This document shows positions 52,733-62,403 of a stretch of DNA of 64,000 nt, in pieces (position 1 is the first letter of the stretch; the number at the start of each line of letters is the position of its first letter). The notes under the pieces were generated by a model. That model saw nothing but the letters and a program-made list of their open reading frames with translations, searched no databases and was not told where the DNA came from. A program made the translations under genes and the position numbers. Source of the stretch: Candidatus Latescibacterota bacterium (lineage in GTDB: Bacteria; Latescibacterota; UBA2968; UBA8231); the NCBI GenBank assembly GCA_965248265.1, contig CBDFJF010000002.1:3104001-3168000 (forward strand), in the 5' to 3' direction.

Positions 52733-53749
52733 ATGTCACTGAACGGTTTCCAGATGCCGAGGTTGTTGGAAATCGAAAAGGACAGCCTGAATGAAACGTT
52801 CGGTCGCTTCGTCATGCAGCCCCTGGAGCGTGGTTTTGGGGTGACCGTGGGGCATTCGCTCAGACGAGTCCTGGTGTCATCGATCGAAGGAGCCGCTGTA
52901 AAATCTGTGAATATCGAGAGTGTGCAACACGAGTTTTCGACGATCAAGGGAGTGCGTGAGGACGTACCCGAGATCGTGTTGAACTTGAAGGAAGTCGCGT
53001 TGCGGTATCACGGAGACGAAGATAGAACGTTGCGTATCGAGGCGAGCGGCCCGGGTGACGTCACGGCGAAGGATCTGGCTGTTGATTCCAGCGTTGAGGT
53101 TATGAATCCTGATCGGCACATCGCCACGCTGGGCAAGGGTGCTAAGTTCAATATGGAGTTTACCGTTGGGAAGGGCAGGGGGTACGTTTTCGCAGACGAC
53201 AGCAAGACCCCGGATCTACCCATCGGAACGATTCAACTCGATGCGAACTTCTCGCCTGTGCTCAAGGTCAACTATGATCTCGAACACGCGCGCGTCGGCC
53301 GCCGGACCGACTATGACAAACTCACCATCGACGTTTGGACTGATGGGTCGGTGCGTCCCGAGGATGCCATCGCTCAGGCGGGCAGGCTCATGATCGATCA
53401 TCTAAACCTGTTCGTGAACGTCGAGGAGGAGCCGGCGCCGCCGGAAGAAAAGACTGTCGATGAAGAAACCAAGCGAGTGGCCAAATTACTCGCCATGCCC
53501 ATGGACGAGCTGGAGCTTTCCGTACGCTCAGCCAACTGTCTCAGAGCTGCTGGTATAGGCACGTTGAAGGAGCTGGTTTCGAGGAGCGAAAGCGAGATGT
53601 TGCGTTTTCGTAATTTCGGTCGCAAGTCGCTGACGGAGCTCGGAGAAATCCTGGTAACCATGAACCTGAGTTGGGGAATGGACATCGCCAAGTACGAAGA
53701 TGTCGAGATCGACGAAGAGCCCGTGAGTCCATTGGTCGAGGATTTCTAG
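52733..53749 (+). CDS. rpoA: RNA polymerase alpha subunit
   Basis: PLERGFGVTVG, LELSVRSANCL, NFGRKSL. Confidence 0.99.
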   Translation: MSLNGFQMPRLLEIEKDSLNETFGRFVMQPLERGFGVTVGHSLRRVLVSSIEGAAVKSVNIESVQHEFSTIKGVREDVPEIVLNLKEVALRYHGDEDRTLRIEASGPGDVTAKDLAVDSSVEVMNPDRHIATLGKGAKFNMEFTVGKGRGYVFADDSKTPDLPIGTIQLDANFSPVLKVNYDLEHARVGRRTDYDKLTIDVWTDGSVRPEDAIAQAGRLMIDHLNLFVNVEEEPAPPEEKTVDEETKRVAKLLAMPMDELELSVRSANCLRAAGIGTLKELVSRSESEMLRFRNFGRKSLTELGEILVTMNLSWGMDIAKYEDVEIDEEPVSPLVEDF

Positions 53750-53753
53750 GACC

Positions 53754-54170
53754 ATGAGACACAGGAAACGAGTCGCCAAGCTCAACCGGGACCACAGCCA
53801 CCGGAAGGCGACACTCAGCAACATGGTTACGTCTCTGTTTGAGCACGAAATGATAAACACCACGCACGCTAAGGCTCGAGAGCTTCGGCGGGTGGCGGAC
53901 TCCATCATCACCTTCGCCAAGCGGGGGGACCTGCATGCCCGTCGGATGGTGTTGAAGTCGGTCGCCGACAAACGCATCGTCAACAAGCTGTTCGACGAGT
54001 TGGGTCCAAGGTACGCCGAGAGGAACGGAGGCTATACCCGTCTCATCAAGACCGATCCCCGGCGGGGAGATGGTGCGCCGATGTGTTTTGTCGAACTCGT
54101 CGACCGTCCAGAGGGAACCCGTTCGCCGGCGGTGGTAGAAGAAACGGAGCCTGCTGAAGACGACGGTTGA
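53754..54170 (+). CDS. rplQ: 50S ribosomal protein L17
   Basis: MRHRK, RNGGYTR, RRGDGA. Confidence 0.98.
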   Translation: MRHRKRVAKLNRDHSHRKATLSNMVTSLFEHEMINTTHAKARELRRVADSIITFAKRGDLHARRMVLKSVADKRIVNKLFDELGPRYAERNGGYTRLIKTDPRRGDGAPMCFVELVDRPEGTRSPAVVEETEPAEDDG

Positions 54171-54239
54171 GTTGTGCAGGTGGTGGGTAGTGTCCGTGCG
54201 AGCTGAGCATAACGGCTACCCATTGGGTGTCGTATCGTG

Positions 54240-54270
54240 AAAGGCGGGATCAATTTGATCTCGCCTTTTT
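54240..54270 (+). terminator. Intrinsic terminator ending the alpha operon
   Basis: aaaggcgggatca/tgatctcgccttt stem ending in a T run. Confidence 0.75.
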
Positions 54271-54379
54271 GCGTACATCATTCGGTCGTTTGCTCTCATT
54301 TGAGTGGGGTGGGTACTCGCAACGCTGATCTAACTTCGACCCAAGAGGCCGGACTCGGCGCATCAGTGATCTGCAGAAT

Positions 54380-55750
54380 ATGAAGAAGCCTGAAGTCCAC
54401 GAGCTGAAGATCGAGGGGCTGACATCCCAGGGCGATGGTCTGGCTCGCTGGGGTGATCGTGAGGTAACCGTGGCAGGGGCTGTGCCTGGCGATCTCGTCG
54501 AAGCTTGGGTGGGACGCAGGAAGCGAAAGGGCAGGCACGTCGGGAGGCTGGAGCAGCTACTGGAGCAGGACATACCTCGACGCGATCCCCCGTGTCCTCA
54601 TTTCGGTGTTTGTGGTGGCTGTCGTTGGCAAAATATCGACTACGGGGAGCAGCTGCTGCTGAAGCAGAGGATGATTGTGGATGCCTTGAGCCAGTCCGGG
54701 GTTGTGGTGGAGACGACGGATACTCCCATCGCGAGCCCGGACGTATTCTTCTATAGAAACAAAATGGAATTTTCCTTCGGCCGCGGGTTCGAGGGGGAGC
54801 TACAGCTTGGACTGCATGTGCGTGAGCGCTACAATCGTGTTTTCAACCTGCACTCCTGCCAGCTTCAGTCTGAGCTGTCAAACCGAGTGGTTCGCTGCGT
54901 TCGCGATCAAGCAGAAGCGTTGCGACTTCCCGTCTACGATCTGCGTACCCACGAAGGTCTGCTGCGTTTTCTGGTCGTCCGCGACACCAAGGCGCGTGCC
55001 GGTATGCTGGTCAATCTCGTAGTCAGCACGTACCCGCATGATGGCATCGATGAATTGGTCTCCCAGGTGCTGCGAGAGGTGCCCGAGATCACGGATCTGG
55101 TGATCACGAAGCATTCGGGGAAAGCCCAGGTCGCCATCGGAGAGCAGGAATTTTTAATAAAGGGGGAGGGACGACTCCACGAGGCATGCGGTCTGCTGGA
55201 ATTCGAGATTTCACCGCAATCTTTCTTTCAGACCAACACGCAACAGGCAGGAAGGCTCTATTCACTGGTCGGCGAGATGATCGGAGACCAGGAGGGAGGC
55301 CACGTCCTCGATCTGTATTGTGGAACTGGTGGAACCACCCTTCACATTGCCCTCAGAGCACGCCGGGTTCTGGGTGTGGAGCAGGTTCCCGAGGCCGTTG
55401 TTGATGCTCGGCGTAACGCACAGCGGAATGGAATTTCAAACTGCGAATTCATCGCCGGATCGGCAGAATCGGTTCTGGACGGCCTATGTACTCAGGGTCG
55501 CAGGTTTGATGTGATCGTCGTCGATCCCCCCAGACCGGGTGTGCACAAGGATGCGATGAAGCAGATTCTGCGTCTCAATCCTCCCGTCATCATCTATGTA
55601 TCCTGCAATCCGTATTCGATGGCGAAGGATTTGAGCCAATTCTGTGTATCCGAATACCGGGTCGGGAGGCTACAACCGATCGATCTGTTTCCACACACTC
55701 CGCATTGCGAGGTCGTTGCGCGACTTGTAGGTAAGGCCAGTGGCAGTTGA
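54380..55750 (+). CDS. rlmD: 23S rRNA (uracil-C5)-methyltransferase RlmD family
   Basis: TRAM domain, CPHFGVCGGC, SFFQTN, DLYCG, VDPPR, YVSCNP, DLFPHTPHCE. Confidence 0.93.
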   Translation: MKKPEVHELKIEGLTSQGDGLARWGDREVTVAGAVPGDLVEAWVGRRKRKGRHVGRLEQLLEQDIPRRDPPCPHFGVCGGCRWQNIDYGEQLLLKQRMIVDALSQSGVVVETTDTPIASPDVFFYRNKMEFSFGRGFEGELQLGLHVRERYNRVFNLHSCQLQSELSNRVVRCVRDQAEALRLPVYDLRTHEGLLRFLVVRDTKARAGMLVNLVVSTYPHDGIDELVSQVLREVPEITDLVITKHSGKAQVAIGEQEFLIKGEGRLHEACGLLEFEISPQSFFQTNTQQAGRLYSLVGEMIGDQEGGHVLDLYCGTGGTTLHIALRARRVLGVEQVPEAVVDARRNAQRNGISNCEFIAGSAESVLDGLCTQGRRFDVIVVDPPRPGVHKDAMKQILRLNPPVIIYVSCNPYSMAKDLSQFCVSEYRVGRLQPIDLFPHTPHCEVVARLVGKASGS

Positions 55751-55821
55751 CCAAACCATTGTTTTATATTACTGTTACAGCAAAGTAGGAACCAAAATCG
55801 GAGCACATAAGGCAGGTTTGT

Positions 55822-57234
55822 ATGGGCAAAGACAACGGCGAACAGACAGTCAAGAAGAAGAAAAAGAAGAAGGGCAAAGCGTCCGCCTCCTCAGACGGTG
55901 AGTCGAAGCCGAACGGCTCTGAGAAGCCAGCGAAGGAGAAAAAGGAGCGTAAACCCTTTTCTCGCCCGGATCTGTTCACGAAGGCCAAGGATTTGCAGAT
56001 CCTGTTTCAGGCTTTCCGCGATGGGGAAGTCAGTGCCGCCATTCTCAGGCCGAGATTACAGACGGAGTCTGTCGAGCACGGCCGCGGGGCTGGTATAGTC
56101 CGGAATTTCGGCTTTCGCAAGTTCAAAGAGGTACCCAAGGCCGTTCTGTACATGAACGTCCCCAGTTCCAAGGGAGGCGGCGCCTTCGAACCGACTGACC
56201 GCTTGCTGAATCCAGGTGAGCAGATGCGGTTGACGTATACGACTACGGTAGACGGCGCCGACGGGCCGATTTTCTTCCTCGCCAAGGGATTTTTTCTACG
56301 CAAAAGCTTCTACGTCCCTGAAGACCCCCAAAATCCGGGAAAACCGTGGACTGGACCTCGAGACGAAGCGGAGAAAAAGTTTTCGAAAGACGTTATGGTC
56401 CGGGGGGACGATGTCATAGAGATACGGATCGATGCAGTGAACAGCTTTCCTGGGGGGCCGGGTAGAACAGACAGAAATGTTCTGGAGCGATACCTGAGTG
56501 CTGCCTCCTTGTACGTTTTTCCCGGCGGTGGTGGGTGGAATCAGAAAAGCACTCAGGGTAATTTCTTCGATGCCATTCGTGATCCTCTCGACAAGTACAT
56601 CGAGCGCGAGGATCTCAAGGTTATCGACAAGGTTACCATCGATGAGTTCGGCAACCTGGGAGAGGTCACTCTCATGATCAAGGAGCGTCTGCTGGCTGAT
56701 GTCGAGCATGAGGTGGCGCGTCCGAGCGTGGTGAAGAATCCGGAGAAGCATGTTGGTGAAATCAACATGAAGCTCGGGTTTCTGCTGAAGTTCAAGGTAG
56801 ATGATGCGATAGGGGAGTCCTTGATGCGGACTTTCCCCAAGAAAGCCGGTAAGGCGGAGGACATTTATCTGCCCCTGATTCTCGAAAATGTGGCGAATGC
56901 CCGCGAGCAATTCAGAGTCACCTTCCTGGTCTTTCCGCGTGACCTGATCGAGGAACGTTCGCGAACGAGTATGGAGCGAGGGCTGAAGTTCATGCCTCCC
57001 TACGCATTGCACCAGGGTTCTGAGAATCAGAACACCTACAGCAAATTACTGATCTTGTTGAATCAGCGATTCAGGGAAGACGAAAAGCCGGAAGAGGACA
57101 AGCTCAAGAGCGAAAAACTTCAAGCCTCAGTCGAAAAGCGGATTGCCGATCGGCGCTCCGCCTTTACAGACGACAAGGTCAAGTCGGCCTTCAGTGACCG
57201 CGTGTCGGCGAAGAAGCGGAAAGAAGAAGGTTAG
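55822..57234 (+). CDS. Hypothetical protein with Lys-rich termini
   Basis: 470-aa ORF with typical codon usage, converging on a strong hairpin; no family recognised. Confidence 0.8.
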   Translation: MGKDNGEQTVKKKKKKKGKASASSDGESKPNGSEKPAKEKKERKPFSRPDLFTKAKDLQILFQAFRDGEVSAAILRPRLQTESVEHGRGAGIVRNFGFRKFKEVPKAVLYMNVPSSKGGGAFEPTDRLLNPGEQMRLTYTTTVDGADGPIFFLAKGFFLRKSFYVPEDPQNPGKPWTGPRDEAEKKFSKDVMVRGDDVIEIRIDAVNSFPGGPGRTDRNVLERYLSAASLYVFPGGGGWNQKSTQGNFFDAIRDPLDKYIEREDLKVIDKVTIDEFGNLGEVTLMIKERLLADVEHEVARPSVVKNPEKHVGEINMKLGFLLKFKVDDAIGESLMRTFPKKAGKAEDIYLPLILENVANAREQFRVTFLVFPRDLIEERSRTSMERGLKFMPPYALHQGSENQNTYSKLLILLNQRFREDEKPEEDKLKSEKLQASVEKRIADRRSAFTDDKVKSAFSDRVSAKKRKEEG

Positions 57235-57264
57235 GGCAGGCAGGTAGGGGGGCAGGAGGTACAG

Positions 57265-57317
57265 AGAGTAGCGGTGGCGTCAGGCGTGACACGTTTGCCT
57301 GACTCCACCGCTACTCT
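57265..57317. terminator. Long hairpin between convergent genes
   Basis: 21-bp stem agagtagcggtggcgtcaggc/gcctgactccaccgctactct with one mismatch. Confidence 0.7.
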
Positions 57318-57344
57318 AATGTAACTACCTTCCGCGGCCGGGAA

Positions 57345-58837
57345 TTAGGCCGGTGCGGCCCGACTGCGCTGCAGGTCTTTCGCCCGGTTTTCGAGATGAC
57401 CGATCAACTGGCTCAAATGGGTGTGCGTTTCGCGAAGATAAACATTGTCCTTCATGAAACGCGTGTAGCGCCAATTGACCATTTCGTCCTCCTCGAGCGG
57501 GACGCCCTGTGGATCGTAGGCAAACTGGATGCCGTGCTGGAGGACCCTTTTCTCCGCCACGCGCGCCACGTGGGTGCGTACGACCTGGCCGATGATGGAG
57601 AACTTGGAGGGTAATTCCGGCTCGAATTTCTTGACGGCGTCAGGAAAGTGGAGCCGTGGGTAAATGTGAACTGAATCATCGGTACCCGCATCGCCTCGAA
57701 TGCCTTCTGCCAGTAGTCGCCTTCGAATTCAATTTCCTCATCCACGTTCGGCGGACATTCATCTCCCAGAGCCATCTTGAGGAACTCGGGACTGCTTTCG
57801 ATGAGCAGCCCACCGATGCTGTAGTCGACGAGTCCAATCGGTAGCCCGGTTTCTTCACGCATAAACTCGAGCGGTCTGACCACCTCGTTTTGCGTGCGTG
57901 CTTCCATAACCTCGCACAGCATCTCGTAGTGCGTCTGGTCCTCGGAGAAGCGAGCGAGGATCTTCTCTCCCGGATGCAGATTGTAGGGGTTGTCCTGACC
58001 CTTCTTGATGCCGGCCTTGTTGGATTTCTTCAGGTACAGAACGTCACGCAGCGATTCCATCTCGAGTCCGAGGATGTTGATCTCGCCAAGGAGCAGCTCC
58101 TCGTCCGGTTTCTTGACCATGCCGGAAGACTGGTCACGCACAACCTTGGTTACTCCAACAAGGCGTTCATGCACGTTCTTGCGCAGCATGACATCGCGGA
58201 ATTCGTTTATTCCATCCCGGGTAGTGAAGGGTCGGTGATTGTCCAGTTCCTTGTACGGCCTAGGCTGCAGGTCGTTGAGGAGAACCGTTGGGGCCCCCTC
58301 CATGGCAAACTCGTGATTCGTCGATTTGACGAAGAGGTCGAATCCTATATGTGTGGTCAACGGTATTCTGGAGTCGCCATAATTTTGAACCGCGTAGCGG
58401 TAATACTGACGCTTTTCCTGCTTGGCGATCCGGCTGATGGGCAGCAGCTTGTATGCCGACTTGGCGTTGAAGTCGAGAGTCTCGACGATTTCGGGTAACA
58501 GTCGAAAGCGTCCAACCACCTTGCATTCCATCCGATGGGGGACACGGCGACTGGAGAACTGGAGTTTGATGGTCTTATTCGCCAGGGCCTGGTCCGACTC
58601 GACACTCTTGAGGTTGTCAGGAGCGGTGATGTATAGGTTGCTACCCTCAGTGTACAGTTTCTTGTCGCGCCGCAGGAAAAACGCCTTGCCCAGATCCTCC
58701 AAGTCATCGTCATCGACCCCCGGTTTGGCCATGTACACGAGAGTCGATGGCGGGCTGAGCGCACCGAGGGCGGCGATCTCGACAGCGGGATCGAAGCTCT
58801 TTACGCCCTTCTTTTTTCTTGAGAAGAAGTCGAACAT
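57345..58837 (-). pseudogene. PilZ-like protein interrupted by a 1-nt frameshift near 57663 (real or assembly error)
   Basis: QEKRQYYR and DYSIGG motifs. Adding one T joins the 461-aa ORF to the frame YPRLHFPD...IGQVVR...HGIQF ending at 57345. Confidence 0.7.
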
Positions 58838-58947
58838 TACATCGTATTCCGTGGATGGATCAAGTTGAAGAACAATACAGCTGGTGGCGAGGCAGGCTTT
58901 CCGTATTCACTCTTAAGTCCTCTATCTTACCTAATTTACCACAATTT

Positions 58948-58975
58948 AAGATAGGTAGTGCGCGAAATGTGTCAA
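58948..58975 (-). promoter_or_regulatory. Putative sigma70 promoter of the PilZ-like gene
   Basis: TTGACA-16-TATCTT on the minus strand. Confidence 0.45.
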
Positions 58976-59215
58976 GTTTTCGTTGTTGCTACAGTTTGAC
59001 GAGTTGCAGCTTACCCGACCGATCGGCACTCGACTGGGCACGCGCAGTGGAACAGCAAAAAGGAAAACTCCCTTTCAAAGTCCATACCGCGGGCTCTGCT
59101 GCTCGGTCTGGTCGCGTGTGTTGTCGCTGCGTTGATAATTCTTAAGTTATTGAAATCAATTCAATTAAGCAGTTTTTACTGCCAGTGACAGTGACCTGGA
59201 TGAGGCGTTAGTATC

Positions 59216-60595
59216 GTGAGTGAGGAAGACAAGGCGACCCTATCGAGGGTGCTGGTGGTGATGCCGGAGGACGGCACGACAAGAGAGTTGCTTGCCTATC
59301 TGGAGCGGCGGGCACTCGAGGTGTTGTGGGTCAGGGAGGGGCCGGCAGCCTTCGATATTTTGGATGCGGATCCCCCGGTGGATGCCCTTATCTGCGATCT
59401 GCGACATGAACGCATTGACGGCCTGCGAGTTATACAGGTCGGATTGAGGCGCAACAGCAGTCTGTGTGCCATCGTGATCGCGAACGTGGACGAGATCGAA
59501 TTGGGCACGGAAGCGATGCGACAAGGGGCCTACGATTTTCAGGTTCGACCCCTCAATCTACCCAAGATCAGTGCTGTCCTGGATCGCGGTTTGTCCTATC
59601 AGCGATTGATGGGTGAGGTATCCGAGCTTCAACGTCGTCTGGATGAGCGTTACCGGATGGGAGGGATCGCGAGGCGGTCGCCGCACTGGCAGCGCATCTA
59701 CAATCAGATCGAGCAAGTAGCACAGTCGAAGGCCACCGTTCTGCTTTCAGGCGAGACCGGCACGGGTAAAGGGGAGATTGCCAAAGCGATACATCAACAG
59801 AGCCGCAGGCGCGAGCGTCCGTTCGTCGAGATCAACGGTGGTGCGCTTCCCGATGGAATCGTGGAGAGCGAGCTCTTCGGCCACGAAAAAGGCGCCTTCA
59901 CTGGTGCGGCTACTTCTCATAAAGGCCGTTTTGAACTAGCCGACATGGGAACCCTGTTCCTCGATGAAGTAGGTGATCTGTCGCCACCGACGCAGGTGAA
60001 GATTCTGCGGGTCATCCAGGCTGGCGAGTTCGAGCGCGTCGGTGGAACACATACGCACAAGGTGGATGTGCGTCTTATCACGGCGACGAACCGTGATCTC
60101 GAATCGATGGTCGAGCAAGGTGGCTTCCGCGCCGATCTGTTCTACCGGTTGAACGTCGTTAGGATTGAGGTTCCTCCCTTGCGGGAATGTCCAGATGACA
60201 TTCCCATTCTCATCGATGAATTTGTCCATCAATTCTCGACGGAAAATGACAAAGCGATCAACGGGCTGACCTCGGAGGCGTCGGACGCATTGCTGCAGTA
60301 CGACTGGCCGGGCAACGTGAGGGAGCTGAAGAACTGTCTGGAAGGAATGGTGGTGATGAGCAAGGGGGAGGGAGAGCCACTGGATCTGATCGATGTTCCG
60401 AGTCAGATCAGGCGCAGTGCTCCGCGCCACGATGATACGGCATCGCGCTTTGGTCTGACGATGAAGGAGATCGAGAGGAAGGCCATCACCGATACCCTGG
60501 CATCGGTCGGCCAGGATCGTCGGCAAGCCGCTGAAGTTCTACAGATTGGTTTGAGCACGCTCTACCGGAAACTGAAGGAGTACGACATTCCGTGA
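59216..60595 (+). CDS. Sigma54-dependent transcriptional activator (NtrC family; REC-AAA+-HTH)
   Basis: GETGTGK, ESELFGHEKGAFTGA, LFLDE, WPGNVREL, Fis-type HTH. Confidence 0.95.
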   Translation: MSEEDKATLSRVLVVMPEDGTTRELLAYLERRALEVLWVREGPAAFDILDADPPVDALICDLRHERIDGLRVIQVGLRRNSSLCAIVIANVDEIELGTEAMRQGAYDFQVRPLNLPKISAVLDRGLSYQRLMGEVSELQRRLDERYRMGGIARRSPHWQRIYNQIEQVAQSKATVLLSGETGTGKGEIAKAIHQQSRRRERPFVEINGGALPDGIVESELFGHEKGAFTGAATSHKGRFELADMGTLFLDEVGDLSPPTQVKILRVIQAGEFERVGGTHTHKVDVRLITATNRDLESMVEQGGFRADLFYRLNVVRIEVPPLRECPDDIPILIDEFVHQFSTENDKAINGLTSEASDALLQYDWPGNVRELKNCLEGMVVMSKGEGEPLDLIDVPSQIRRSAPRHDDTASRFGLTMKEIERKAITDTLASVGQDRRQAAEVLQIGLSTLYRKLKEYDIP

Positions 60596-60598
60596 GGG

Positions 60599-62128
60599 TC
60601 AGGGACTCGCGTCGCCAAAACGGCGTTTGATCAGCTGGTTTAACGCTGCCTGCGGATCTCGTAATACATCAGCGGTGATGACGAATTCCTCGAGCTCTAA
60701 CAGTTTCAGCCCGTGTCCATAGTCGTGCAGAGCTTCTCGACATGTCGCGACAGGCAACTCGTCCCGTGCCGCTGCCATCTCTTTTGCCGCCTTCTTCGCT
60801 GACTCGTCGAACATCAGCGTGATTCCGTGCTCCATCTGGAAACTGTCGATGAAGGCTGTCAGCGATTGATCGATCAACAGTTGTCGCAGGTGCTTCTCTG
60901 GCTCTCGGACGAGTCCGTCGTCGACGGTTAATGATTCGATGTCCGATGAGGGCAACTTGCACTCGAAGCTCAGCAGTGCCTTCTCGATGGCGCTGACGAG
61001 GCCGCGTGCTCCGGTGTGCTCCTGAAAGGCGCGTTCGGCCAGCACGGCCAACGAGTCCTCGGTGAAGGTAAGGTCAATGCCGTAGGACTTGAAGTCTCGT
61101 TTCTTCGAGAGGATGACACTGCTTTTGGGGTTGCTGAGGATCAGGAACAGATCGTCTTGGCTGAGTCCATCGAGGACGGCGACCACGGGCAGGCGCCCGA
61201 CGAATTCTGATTCGAAGCCGTACTCGATCAGGTCTTCGGCGCGCACCTGTGCCAGTAGGCTCTCAGTTCCCGCCTGGTTTTCCACACGCTCGTCATCGGT
61301 AGGCGCTTGGGGAAGGGAGAACCCCATGCTGCCGCTGTTCACTCGCCGTGCAATGATGTCATTCAACCCGGCAAAAGCACCGCTGACGACGAAGAGGATA
61401 TTGCGGGTGTTGATTTTCTTGCGTTCCATCTTGCCGGTTTTCTGAAGCTGAATGACCGATTCCATCTGAGACGAGATATCGTTCGGTGCCTTGAGGTCGA
61501 CGTCGGTCTCCTCCATCAGTTTGAGCAGGTTGCGCTGGACACCCGAGCGGGAAACGTCGGGTCCCGTGGTGTCGCGCGAGGAGGCGATTTTGTCGATTTC
61601 GTCAATGTAGATGATGCCGTGCTGCGCCAGCTCCATATCGCCGTCTGCTTCGGCGACGAGTTCACGAACGAGATCCTCGACATCGCCACCGACGTACCCG
61701 GTCTCACTGAACTTCGTCGCGTCGGCCTTGACGAATGGGACTCCCAGGCGGCGGGCGATCAACTTGATGATGTAGGTCTTGCCCACGCCGGTGGGGCCGA
61801 TCATGAGGATGTTGTTTTTTATGTTGCCTACAAGGTCCTCTTCATTCTCGAGCGGCAGTTTCAGGCGGTTGAAGTGGGTACAGATTTTGGTGGCCAAGAT
61901 CGCTTTGGCGGGATCCTGACGGATGACGAACTCGTCGAGGTAGGCGATCAATTCTTCGGGCTTGACGTCGAATTGCAGGCGTTCGGAGGCGGAGACGGTG
62001 TGCGATCCCTCACCCGAGCTGGCGGCTTCAGGCTCAGCAGTGGACGCGGGCTCATCTTGTTGTTGACTGGCAAGCAGTTCCCGGAGTTTTTCCGGATCCA
62101 GTCCCATTTTCTCGAGTCGTATGTTCAC
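60599..62128 (-). CDS. ClpX-like AAA+ ATPase lacking the N-terminal zinc-binding domain
   Basis: GPTGVGKT, GYVG pore loop, IYIDEIDK, EFVGRLP, TGARGL; start at 62128 (GTG) or 62107 (ATG). Confidence 0.88.
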   Translation of the reverse strand: MNIRLEKMGLDPEKLRELLASQQQDEPASTAEPEAASSGEGSHTVSASERLQFDVKPEELIAYLDEFVIRQDPAKAILATKICTHFNRLKLPLENEEDLVGNIKNNILMIGPTGVGKTYIIKLIARRLGVPFVKADATKFSETGYVGGDVEDLVRELVAEADGDMELAQHGIIYIDEIDKIASSRDTTGPDVSRSGVQRNLLKLMEETDVDLKAPNDISSQMESVIQLQKTGKMERKKINTRNILFVVSGAFAGLNDIIARRVNSGSMGFSLPQAPTDDERVENQAGTESLLAQVRAEDLIEYGFESEFVGRLPVVAVLDGLSQDDLFLILSNPKSSVILSKKRDFKSYGIDLTFTEDSLAVLAERAFQEHTGARGLVSAIEKALLSFECKLPSSDIESLTVDDGLVREPEKHLRQLLIDQSLTAFIDSFQMEHGITLMFDESAKKAAKEMAAARDELPVATCREALHDYGHGLKLLELEEFVITADVLRDPQAALNQLIKRRFGDASP

Positions 62129-62220
62129 CGGGTTGGCTCTTCGAATTTGACTTGCTGTAGATGGGCTATCGACTAATCTGTGTGGAATATACTGGGCTGG
62201 TGATGCCTCGACAACACAAC

Positions 62221-62249
62221 TTGACCGCCATGTGCGATTGCAATAGATT
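62221..62249 (+). promoter_or_regulatory. Putative sigma70 promoter
   Basis: TTGACC-17-TAGATT. Confidence 0.55.
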
Positions 62250-62403
62250 CGGCGCCACCCCTCACAGCGCTCCAGGGCGTTGGCCGCATGGACGCGGTAC
62301 GCTTCCTTCCCATTTCCTCTCCCGGGGCGCTCTTCGAGCGCCACGCGATGTGCGTTTCTCATGTGCCCGCTCGCAGCTCGAACGCAAATGCAGAGCTCGG
62401 CCA

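Noticed and set aside
57655-57670. Programmed frameshift or phase variation in the PilZ-like gene
   Set aside because: Only a 3-T run with no slippery heptamer or long homopolymer; a simple indel is more likely.
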